Shown here: one piece after another, positions 18,335 through 26,070 of the stretch
Layout: every line of letters begins with the position of its first letter
How positions within the stretch are numbered: the stretch's first letter is position 1
IMG/VR virus record: IMGVR_UViG_3300021425_003307
Coordinates: 1-27,940 of that record
Direction: 5' to 3' (one strand)
Length of the DNA stretch: 27,940 bases
DNA from: a virus
Lineage: Duplodnaviria > Caudoviricetes
Position numbers and translations under genes: made by a program
Notes under the pieces: model-generated
What the model was told of the DNA's origin: nothing
The model's database searches: none
The model's input: the letters and a program-made list of their open reading frames with translations, nothing else

Positions 18335-19017
18335 AACTCGTCACTAAGGTTTGATTTTCTAAAACATTCTAATGTCGAAACCTCACTGCAATTAACTATA
18401 TCAATACCGTTTTTTTGAGCGAAGTTTGAGAGGGCGTTCCAAGCTGGCCTGTGAAAAAGCTCTGCCTGTGGAAAGTTATAGACATCGCCTTCTCTTTGAT
18501 AGCTACTAAAAAAATAATTTGGATTTTCTTCTGGTGTTTTATCCATCACTAGGCCAGCCCCTTCAGGCTTTGCACCTTCAACAACTTCTTTGTAATTGCA
18601 ATCTGCACCCAATAGGATAATTTTTTTGTAACCCAAACACATGCCAACTTGACAGCAATTTGCCCCTGTATTACCGCCATAACCAAAAGTTTCGAAGTTT
18701 AGAGAAAAATCACCAATATTACCGTTAAGTGGTAATACAGTCAATTTGTCAGAATTAGTTACCTTCCTTAGCAAGAACCCTCTTTCAATTGGAGACTCTT
18801 CAATAAATTTTGCATAAGCTTCGGCATGATTGTCTGTAACTCTATAATCAAAACATCCAAAGTATTTAGGATACCAATCATTTTCATAGCAAAACCTATA
18901 GATCCCATTCATCGCTATAACATCTTGGTCTTTTAGTAGATTAAAATCTAAATCCTTAACAGATGGACCGTTACAAAGGACGATTAAAGGCTTTTCTTTT
19001 TGGGGCGGTGTATTCAT
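18331..19017 (-). CDS. DUF115/Maf/GT42 (Cst-type sialyltransferase)-like transferase
   Basis: IVLCNGPS..D.D...L....VIAMN, P.Y....D, G.....Q.G..LGYKKIILLGAD and IVNCS. Confidence 0.75.
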   Translation of the reverse strand: MNTPPQKEKPLIVLCNGPSVKDLDFNLLKDQDVIAMNGIYRFCYENDWYPKYFGCFDYRVTDNHAEAYAKFIEESPIERGFLLRKVTNSDKLTVLPLNGNIGDFSLNFETFGYGGNTGANCCQVGMCLGYKKIILLGADCNYKEVVEGAKPEGAGLVMDKTPEENPNYFFSSYQREGDVYNFPQAELFHRPAWNALSNFAQKNGIDIVNCSEVSTLECFRKSNLSDEL

Positions 19018-19745
19018 TTTTTAATTTTATTTAATAAAGAGATAAATTCCAAACATGTATAATCTATAGTTAGCTCTTTTCGTTTTTTATTACATGTTAG
19101 ATTGTCAGAGTAATAACTGTGATCATAATGCCATACAGTATTATGTTTATCAAAACAAATTTTCTTACCAAGCTTGTTTAGCTTCAAAGAGAAGTCAACG
19201 TCTTCATTATGCTCATAACCTTTAAACATGGCGTAAAAAGGCAAGTGATTATCCCAACAAACCTGATCAAGAAGGGTTCTTTTTGTTATACAAAATCCTC
19301 CAGTCTGATAAAAAATATCAGTGTTTGACTCATAATCATAGTCAACCATTCGTTGGACTGGTAGGTATACAGCTCTGTCCCAGTGTCTTTTACCATCTGG
19401 AAGAAGAATTTTATTTCCTAAAATTTCCCAATTTGGGTTTTTACTGTTATATTCTGTGAAATTAGAAAACCAATCTGAAGGGAATATCATATCATCATCA
19501 AAATGAACTAGGATATCACCCTTTGAGTAGTCAGTTGCAATATTTCTTCTTTTGCCCAAATACTCCACATATTCATTATCCTCAATCAAGGTTACATCTA
19601 AATCAGAGAACTGGTTAATGTTGCTCCCAACTACAATAATCTCATAGCCATCTTTTGATGAAAAATTTTTATGAACAGATTCAACAGATAAACGTAATTT
19701 ATCTGGTTTGTCTCCAATACTTATAATGCAGAAGGATATAAACAT
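19014..19745 (-). CDS. Glycosyltransferase family 2
   Basis: ISFCII, EIIVV, KRRN, HFDDD and EDVDFS. Confidence 0.88.
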   Translation of the reverse strand: MFISFCIISIGDKPDKLRLSVESVHKNFSSKDGYEIIVVGSNINQFSDLDVTLIEDNEYVEYLGKRRNIATDYSKGDILVHFDDDMIFPSDWFSNFTEYNSKNPNWEILGNKILLPDGKRHWDRAVYLPVQRMVDYDYESNTDIFYQTGGFCITKRTLLDQVCWDNHLPFYAMFKGYEHNEDVDFSLKLNKLGKKICFDKHNTVWHYDHSYYSDNLTCNKKRKELTIDYTCLEFISLLNKIKK

Positions 19746-19764
19746 GCTAATGCATGATTATATA

Positions 19765-20739
19765 TCAAAGCTCTTCTTCTTCAACAATTTCTTGAACTTC
19801 GGAAAGCTCAGGAAGTTCACGGATGATATCATCATATTCAGCGAATCCTTCATCATCCCAACCCCACTCGGAGAACTTCTCCTCTTCATCCCAAGCAATG
19901 ACATCTTCAGAAGCCATTGAGTTTACTGGACGCTTAGACCAAAACTTACAACTCCAATAACGTGGGGTAGTCTTGTCTTTAGCGGTATCACATTTGTGAC
20001 GCGCTCTAAAATTGCGACGACGATCTGGGTCATCACGCTTAATCTCCATGTTAGGATCTCCAAACTTAACCATGATTACATTGCCAGTTTTTGGATTTTT
20101 AACATAAACACCAAACTTCTTTTTGCCACCTTTAAGTCTGAATGGCTTATTTAAAGTTTTCTTTTCTGCGTCTGTGTATTCAAGATCTTCCGTAGAATCG
20201 TCCTGTTCCCACTCGTTAGCTCCAGCTTTAACTAAATCAATATGAGCGAGATCAAAATCAATATCAGCAAAATCAATAAAAGCTTCTCCCTCACGCTCAA
20301 GATAATAATCTTCTGATCCTTTAGCTACATCTTGATCAGCAGCGCGATAAGACTCCTTTACATTACCGCCACGAACCATTTTGAGGAACATGTTTACGCG
20401 AGCCATAGCCCATTGACCTCTGGTCTTACCCGGACGGTGGCTGGAAGAGAAAGCTCCAGCGCCACGACGATAAATCTTTTTAAGTTGTCCCAAGGTGACT
20501 TTCTTTGAATGCTTTTTGTTATGCTCGGCTACTTTATTCTTTAGGGATTGGATAACTTTTTCTGAAAATGTAATAGAACCACCGTCTTTACCAGCAGAAC
20601 CACTCTTGTTCTTATCAGAACCCTTCTTCTTTTCAGACGGTTTCGCAGGTGTTTGCGCCCCACTTTTGGGTCCACTACGCTTTGCAGCTTCAGCTCGCTC
20701 CAAAAGTTCTTTAATTTTCTTAGAAAAGTCCAATTCCAT
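19765..20739 (-). CDS. Viral multi-domain protein with two basic domains and acidic linkers
   Basis: Domain 1: LKKIYRRGAGAFSSSHRPG...QWAMARVNMFL. Domain 2: KKFGVYV...VKFGDPNM...RRNFRARHKC...RYWSCKFW. Both resemble viral DUFs (DUF5824- and DUF6321-like, from recollection only). Confidence 0.75.
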   Translation of the reverse strand: MELDFSKKIKELLERAEAAKRSGPKSGAQTPAKPSEKKKGSDKNKSGSAGKDGGSITFSEKVIQSLKNKVAEHNKKHSKKVTLGQLKKIYRRGAGAFSSSHRPGKTRGQWAMARVNMFLKMVRGGNVKESYRAADQDVAKGSEDYYLEREGEAFIDFADIDFDLAHIDLVKAGANEWEQDDSTEDLEYTDAEKKTLNKPFRLKGGKKKFGVYVKNPKTGNVIMVKFGDPNMEIKRDDPDRRRNFRARHKCDTAKDKTTPRYWSCKFWSKRPVNSMASEDVIAWDEEEKFSEWGWDDEGFAEYDDIIRELPELSEVQEIVEEEEL

Positions 20740-20750
20740 GGTATTTTTCT

Positions 20751-20758
20751 TTACACTT
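20751..20758 (-). promoter_or_regulatory. AAGTGTAA motif, candidate phage promoter element
   Basis: Exactly 11 nt upstream of ATG 20739; the same motif and spacing occur before nrdB. Confidence 0.45.
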
Positions 20759-20777
20759 ATTTTAAATATAAATGAAA

Positions 20778-22424
20778 TTAACCTTCACAAGATTTGCATT
20801 CCATCAAGGATCTTGCCAGTTCTTGGCTTGGATTAGCACTTCTTTGATAGTAAAAGCCTTTCAATCCACTCTCCCAACCAAAAATCATAAGCTGATTTAC
20901 TTCTTTTAGATTAGCTTTGGGCGCAATCATAAGATTTAAAGATTGTCCCTGATCAATATATTTCTGTCTTTGAGCAGCTTGAATAACAATCTCTTTCTGA
21001 GTGATTTCTCCAAATGTCTTGAACACACCTTTCTCATCTTCACTAAGGAAAGATAAGTGTTGAACAGATCCTCCAGTCTCAAGGATGCTCTTCCATACCT
21101 CGTCAGTATCCTTACCCTTTTCAGCTAAGAGAGTTTTAAGATATGGATTTCTGTAAGTGAACTTACCTTTAGCGAGATTCTTGACGAAGTAGTTAGAGTT
21201 AAGAGGCTCAATAGATGGAGACACTTGACCCAAAATAAAAGAACTACTTGTAGTTGGGGCAATAGCTAGAGTTGTGGTATTTCTACGACCGTAGCCTTCA
21301 CAGTAGAGAGGTTCACCTAAAACAGTTGCTAATTCTGCTGTGGCTTTGTCTGCCCTACTACGAATAGTTTTCCAAATTAAACTATTCTGCATTTTAGCCT
21401 CCATGCTTTCAAAGCTAATCATTTTACTTTGAAGGTAAGAGTGCCAACCCAGCACACCCATACCCAAAGCTCTGTGGCGCTTGGCAAAGTTATGAGAAGA
21501 CTCCATGAACGGAATATTTTCTGTTTTTAGGATATACTCCTCCATAACCGCATCAAGGAACATCGCTAAAGTCTCAATAGCATCAGTCTCTACAATCTCA
21601 TCCCAATGGACCATGTTAAGAGACGACAAGCAACAAACAAAAGACTCATCTTCCTTAGATGGTAAAGAGATTTCATTACAAAGATTGGAAGCATAAATCT
21701 TCATACCTTTATCTTTGTAGCAATCAGGAGCTTGGTTATTCGCGGCATCTTGGAAGAACAAATATGGATAACCAGTCTCAAATCTTTTTTTAATGACTGA
21801 AGCCCAAATTTGGCGCTTCTCAGAGTCTCCACCAATCATTGATTTCATCCATTCATCTGTAACAGTTACAGCGAAAGACATTTCTTGAATTGGATTACCT
21901 TCACTACGAATACGAAGAAACTCTTTTACGTCTGGATGTTCAATAGGAAGATAAGCAGCGAAAGATCCTCGGCGCACATTACCCTGAGAAACTACGGAAG
22001 CCACTTTATCAAATAGCTCCATAAAATGAACAGCCCCAGAAGATTCTCCTCCAGAATTAATTGGAGCGCCTCGTTCACGCAAGTCCCCAAAGTATGCGGA
22101 TGTTCCTGATCCATGCTTGGTCTGCATACCGACTTCAGACTGCTTAGCTAGAATCCCATCCATTCTGTCGGGGACATAAACGCCATTGCAGGATATAGGT
22201 AGACCACGCTTACGACCAAAATTAGACCAAACGGGAGAAGCTAGGGAGTAGAATCCCTGCTTCATATAACTGACGAACTTATCAGCAAAACCTTCCATAC
22301 TGAGATACTGTTCAGCAGTATCTGCAATGTCACGAATCCTCTGTTCTGGAGTTTCACCGTCTTTGAGGTAACCACGCTCAAGGAATAATCTTGAGTCTTT
22401 ATTTAGCCAGTAATATTCAGTCAT
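20778..22424 (-). CDS. nrdA: Ribonucleotide reductase class I alpha subunit, no ATP cone
   Basis: LPISC, SNLCNEI, IAPTTSSS, FYYQRS and C-terminal CKSCEG; only 548 aa. Confidence 0.95.
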   Translation of the reverse strand: MTEYYWLNKDSRLFLERGYLKDGETPEQRIRDIADTAEQYLSMEGFADKFVSYMKQGFYSLASPVWSNFGRKRGLPISCNGVYVPDRMDGILAKQSEVGMQTKHGSGTSAYFGDLRERGAPINSGGESSGAVHFMELFDKVASVVSQGNVRRGSFAAYLPIEHPDVKEFLRIRSEGNPIQEMSFAVTVTDEWMKSMIGGDSEKRQIWASVIKKRFETGYPYLFFQDAANNQAPDCYKDKGMKIYASNLCNEISLPSKEDESFVCCLSSLNMVHWDEIVETDAIETLAMFLDAVMEEYILKTENIPFMESSHNFAKRHRALGMGVLGWHSYLQSKMISFESMEAKMQNSLIWKTIRSRADKATAELATVLGEPLYCEGYGRRNTTTLAIAPTTSSSFILGQVSPSIEPLNSNYFVKNLAKGKFTYRNPYLKTLLAEKGKDTDEVWKSILETGGSVQHLSFLSEDEKGVFKTFGEITQKEIVIQAAQRQKYIDQGQSLNLMIAPKANLKEVNQLMIFGWESGLKGFYYQRSANPSQELARSLMECKSCEG

Positions 22425-23395
22425 TAAAACAAGTCTTCTTCGTTGAATGTCTGTGAATTTTTTGAGTACTCAACAGGTCGAGAATGAAAGAAATCGGTAG
22501 CGTTGTTACCTAACAGTTCCTCCTCAAACCAGATTGTATCTTTTAGCAGATTTTTGTCAACATCGAAAGCTTGTTTAAAGCCAATTTTTTGCAAAGAGTC
22601 ATTGATTCTATTTTTTATGAACTCTTTTAGGGTCGCGGCGTTTAAGCCCTTCTCTTGAATACCATTGATCATCCAATCAACAATCTTACTCTCAGCGCTA
22701 AAAGCTTGCTGAGCTTCATCAAGAATCCGATCCTCCAACTCTTCGTCGAATAGCTCTGGATGCTCTTCACGAATAGTATTAATAATTTTCATTCCGACTA
22801 AGGCATGAACATTCTCTTCGTTACGTGTGTACTTTACCTGCTGGTCCGTATCTTTAAGGACATTGCGATAACGAGAGAACCAGTTGATCACGTAAAACTG
22901 GGAGAACAGAGATACGTTCTCCACAAATAAAGTAAATAAAATAAGAGCGTAAACATATTGTTTTTTGCTATTCTTGTAGAACTTGTGGGTGTACTTACGG
23001 AGATAGTTTACCCGACCCTCAATAAAGTCAAGCTTGAGGTTCTCCTCGAAAACCTCCTCTAAACCTAGAACTTCCAAAAGGCGTTCATAAGCATTATTGT
23101 GAATGACCTCCACATTAGCCATAACAAACCCCAGATCACTAAATGATGGGTGGGGCAAATTATCACCCAATTTACTCCAGAACTTTTTAACAGCCACCTC
23201 TATCTGGCCAATAGCAGAAAGAGTCCTAACAATGATTTCTTTTTCTTGCTCATTCAGTGTCACGTTAAAGTCCTGCAAATCAGACGTGAAACTGAACTCT
23301 TTATCAGTCCAGAAGCCGTTGTGCATTGCTTCGATAAATTCTCCTGCCCAAGGATAATGGTCAGGCTTACGCGATACTTGCTCTTCAAAAATCAT
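22424..23395 (-). CDS. nrdB: Ribonucleotide reductase class I beta subunit with class Id-like signature
   Basis: FW, QIEVAVK, EVIHNNAY, ENVSLFSQF, EENVH, DFF..RPVEY and C-terminal DLF. Confidence 0.95.
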   Translation of the reverse strand: MIFEEQVSRKPDHYPWAGEFIEAMHNGFWTDKEFSFTSDLQDFNVTLNEQEKEIIVRTLSAIGQIEVAVKKFWSKLGDNLPHPSFSDLGFVMANVEVIHNNAYERLLEVLGLEEVFEENLKLDFIEGRVNYLRKYTHKFYKNSKKQYVYALILFTLFVENVSLFSQFYVINWFSRYRNVLKDTDQQVKYTRNEENVHALVGMKIINTIREEHPELFDEELEDRILDEAQQAFSAESKIVDWMINGIQEKGLNAATLKEFIKNRINDSLQKIGFKQAFDVDKNLLKDTIWFEEELLGNNATDFFHSRPVEYSKNSQTFNEEDLF

Positions 23396-23406
23396 AGTGA
23401 GTTTAG

Positions 23407-23414
23407 TTACACTT
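23407..23414 (-). promoter_or_regulatory. AAGTGTAA motif, candidate phage promoter element
   Basis: Exactly 11 nt upstream of the nrdB ATG (23395). Confidence 0.45.
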
Positions 23415-23441
23415 GTATCTGGATTTCAGCCTCGTGTCGAG

Positions 23442-23493
23442 TGAAAATTTATGAAAATTTTTTTCTTGACGAGATTTTCAATTCTAGTATAAT
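23442..23493 (+). promoter_or_regulatory. Sigma70-type promoter TTGACG-N16-TATAAT with upstream A/T tracts
   Basis: TTGACG at 23466-23471 and TATAAT at 23488-23493; TGAAAATTT occurs twice at 23442 and 23452 (UP-element-like). Confidence 0.7.
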
Positions 23494-23577
23494 ACCGTTA
23501 TACGGTCTAAAACCGCGAGGATTCGTTCTGTTTACAGAAAGCCTCTGAAAAAGACAACGTATAAGTAAGGAATAACG

Positions 23578-23660
23578 TATTATATTATTAAATATTGTAT
23601 TATATACTATTATATATTATATAATATTATTATATGTTATAGTATGTTATTAAATAATAA
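23578..23660. repeat. Extremely AT-rich low-complexity tract with TATTATAT repeats
   Basis: Only 5 G/C in 23581-23660. TATTATAT at 23578, 23598, 23608, 23615 and 23628. A 14-bp palindrome ATATTATATAATAT at 23614-23627. Confidence 0.85.
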
Positions 23661-23674
23661 GGTAAAGTTTTAAA

Positions 23675-24244
23675 GTGCAAACAGATCAAGAATTAATCAG
23701 TAAGGTTCAGGAAGAACAGGATAACGACAGTTTGGTCGAAATAATAAATAGACATTCAGGGGTCTATCACGACATGGTAGATAGATTTTTGTCTGGAAGT
23801 AAAAATGTGGCTGACAGAGATGGCCTCCTTGAAGACAAGGAATTTACAATATACAATTCTGTAATGAGCTATGACCCGTCAAGAGGTGCTAAATTTCCAA
23901 CATACCTAGCTAATCAGGCGAAGTGGAAATGTCTAAACACGTTAACGAGGAACAAAAAGTTCCAAAAATGTAATCTTGAAGAACTTTTACGACAGCCTGA
24001 AGTGGAAGGTGACTTTGAGATTCATGAACATTATGAAGTCTTTTCTTTATTTAAATTATTCTTGGAAAAAGAAAAAGACCAAAGATTTAAAAAAATAATT
24101 GACATGAGATACAATTCATGGTCTAATAAGCTAACACCTTGGAGCAAGGTGGCCAAATCTCTAGGGATGAGCATACAAGGAGTGATTAACATTCACAACA
24201 GATGCTTATCGAAATTTGAAAAAGAATCAGTAAATTATGTATAA
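23675..24244 (+). CDS. RNA polymerase sigma factor (sigma70 family, regions 2 and 4)
   Basis: TDQELI...Q, YDPSRGAKFPTYL, and a C-terminal HTH IIDMRY...WSKVAKSLGMS.QGV..I..R.L.K. Confidence 0.85.
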   Translation: MQTDQELISKVQEEQDNDSLVEIINRHSGVYHDMVDRFLSGSKNVADRDGLLEDKEFTIYNSVMSYDPSRGAKFPTYLANQAKWKCLNTLTRNKKFQKCNLEELLRQPEVEGDFEIHEHYEVFSLFKLFLEKEKDQRFKKIIDMRYNSWSNKLTPWSKVAKSLGMSIQGVINIHNRCLSKFEKESVNYV

Positions 24245-24629
24245 CAGTATTACAGCAGTAGGGTATCTTGTAAAAGATCCAGAAACACGTCAACTTAATG
24301 GCGGTAAGTCGGTGACACGTCTTCGTGTCGGTATCTCCCCAAGCAATGCTAAAACCAAATGCTTTATTGATTTAGAGGTTTGGGACAAGTTGTCGGAAAT
24401 CGCATCAAAGTACCTGACTAAAGGTCGTGAGTTTGTGTTTTCTGGCGAACTAGCAATGGACACTTGGGAAAACAAAGAAACTGGAAAACCTCAATCAAAG
24501 TATTTTATCAGAGGGAATAATATTCAATTCCTAAATTCTGGTAAGAAAGACGATAGTCAATCTTCTTCTCCTTCAAATGCAGCTCCAGTCTCAGCTGGTC
24601 CAGCATCTGATGATGAACCTCCATTTTAA
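24237..24629 (+). CDS. ssb: Single-stranded DNA-binding protein, bacterial type
   Basis: N...VGYLVKDPETR, WDKLSE..SKYLTKG...V.SGEL..DTWENKETG, and acidic tail DDEPPF. Confidence 0.93.
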   Translation: MYNSITAVGYLVKDPETRQLNGGKSVTRLRVGISPSNAKTKCFIDLEVWDKLSEIASKYLTKGREFVFSGELAMDTWENKETGKPQSKYFIRGNNIQFLNSGKKDDSQSSSPSNAAPVSAGPASDDEPPF

Positions 24630-25702
24630 TGAAGATTTTAATCGAAGCCCCTCTGAACTCGTTAAGCCTCGGTAATGTTTCTTTTAACATTATCCGAGAG
24701 CTTATCGGGCGGGGTCACGATGTGGGTATTTGGCCAACAGGTAAAATCGACCTGAAGGCTTATGATATTGACGATGATCTGAAAAAGAAAATCGAAAATA
24801 GTATCAATAATAGATATAATTATCTGAGCAGTGATGTTCCAAGCCTTAAAATTTGGCATCTGAACGGTTCAGAGAATAGAAAAAATTCTAACCAATATCT
24901 ATTAACATTCTATGAATGCAACCAACCCACGGACATCGAGAAGAAAATTTCTTCAAGCCAAACTCAAACATTCTTTAGTTCTTCCTGTGCTGCTGAGTTG
25001 TTTGGCGATGTATTCTGCCCATTGGGTTTCGATAAAGACTTCAAAGAAACGGAAAAAGAATACCTAAGTGGTATTACCCATTTTGGTTTAATGGGCAAGT
25101 TTGAACATAGAAAGCATACTGCTAAAATTATTCAGACTTGGCTAAAGAAATACGGAAATGATCCGAAGTATCAATTATCTTGTTTGGTTACTAACCCTTT
25201 CTACAAGAAAGAAGATATGGATGCTACAATCAATGCTGTATTAGGTGGGGAAAGATACACTAATATTAATTTCTTACCTCATTTAGAAAAGAATTCTGAA
25301 GTTAATGAATTTTTAAATGCAATCGACATTGATCTTACTGGATTATCTGGAGCAGAAGGCTGGAATCTTCCTGCTTTTAACGCAACTTGTCTTGGCAAAT
25401 GGAGCATTGTTCTTAATGCCACATCTCACAAAGATTGGGCTACTAAAGATAACTCTATCCTCGTCGAACCTTCAGGAGAAGTAGACTGTTATGATGAAGT
25501 CTTCTTTAAAAAAGGTTCGCCTTTCAATCAAGGAACTTTCTATGATTGGAATGAAGAGGATGTAATCAATGCTATGGAACAAGCTGAAAAGAAAGTGGGA
25601 CAAGTTAACACAGAAGGACGAAAGTTAGCAGACAAGTTGACTTATGAGAACACTGTGGATGTCATTTTAGCCCGTATTTCCAAGGATTTCGATCTGGCAT
25701 AA
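24629..25702 (+). CDS. GT-B (GT4-like) glycosyltransferase
   Basis: MKILI...SLGNV, MGKFEHRK, SGAEGWNLPAFNA.CLGK. Confidence 0.82.
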   Translation: MKILIEAPLNSLSLGNVSFNIIRELIGRGHDVGIWPTGKIDLKAYDIDDDLKKKIENSINNRYNYLSSDVPSLKIWHLNGSENRKNSNQYLLTFYECNQPTDIEKKISSSQTQTFFSSSCAAELFGDVFCPLGFDKDFKETEKEYLSGITHFGLMGKFEHRKHTAKIIQTWLKKYGNDPKYQLSCLVTNPFYKKEDMDATINAVLGGERYTNINFLPHLEKNSEVNEFLNAIDIDLTGLSGAEGWNLPAFNATCLGKWSIVLNATSHKDWATKDNSILVEPSGEVDCYDEVFFKKGSPFNQGTFYDWNEEDVINAMEQAEKKVGQVNTEGRKLADKLTYENTVDVILARISKDFDLA

Positions 25703-25721
25703 GAAGTGTTAAAGAGTTTGT

Positions 25722-26036
25722 ATGATTGATACATTATTGTACGACTTGTTTAATGACTATGGTTTTAATAACCAAAATTATGTTAAAGATAAAGGAGATT
25801 CCTTTGAACTAAAAGTGGAACTCGCTGGATTCTCGAAAGAGGATGTTGATATTGAAGCTACTGAAGATAGGCTCACAATTAAGACTAGTCCAGAAGGTCG
25901 AAAGAAAACTTTCTCTGTTCAACTTTTTAAAAAGGTCGAAACAGAATCTATTACCTGTGAAATGGATAATGGATTGCTGATTATAGACCTACCTAAAAAG
26001 GGAAGATCGAAACCAACCAAAATTAAAGTCAATTAA
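25722..26036 (+). CDS. Small heat-shock protein (Hsp20/alpha-crystallin)
   Basis: VELAGFSKEDVDI ... MDNGLLIIDLPK ... IKV. Confidence 0.9.
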   Translation: MIDTLLYDLFNDYGFNNQNYVKDKGDSFELKVELAGFSKEDVDIEATEDRLTIKTSPEGRKKTFSVQLFKKVETESITCEMDNGLLIIDLPKKGRSKPTKIKVN

Positions 26037-26039
26037 AAT

Positions 26040-26070
26040 AACGGGGGTGGAAACGCCCCCGTTTTTATTT
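26040..26070 (+). terminator. Rho-independent terminator after hsp20
   Basis: AACGGGGGTG-GAAA-CGCCCCCGTT followed by TTTATTT. Confidence 0.88.

Noticed and set aside
23494-23580. Possible tRNA in the intergenic hairpins
   Set aside because: No cloverleaf, T-loop GTTCRA context or acceptor stem.
1401-24859. Short overlapping ORFs in the track (e.g. 1401-1583, 3040-3222, 5701-5889, 7975-8268, 9939-10229, 10581-10877, 20495-20836, 23103-23357, 23150-23548, 24290-24475, 24662-24859)
   Set aside because: They are antisense or alternate-frame shadows of well-supported genes, with no recognisable motifs.
25695-25710. Sigma54-like TGGCAT-N5-GTGTT upstream of hsp20
   Set aside because: The near-invariant -12 GC is GT, so support is too weak; the AAGTGTAA-like reading is equally plausible.
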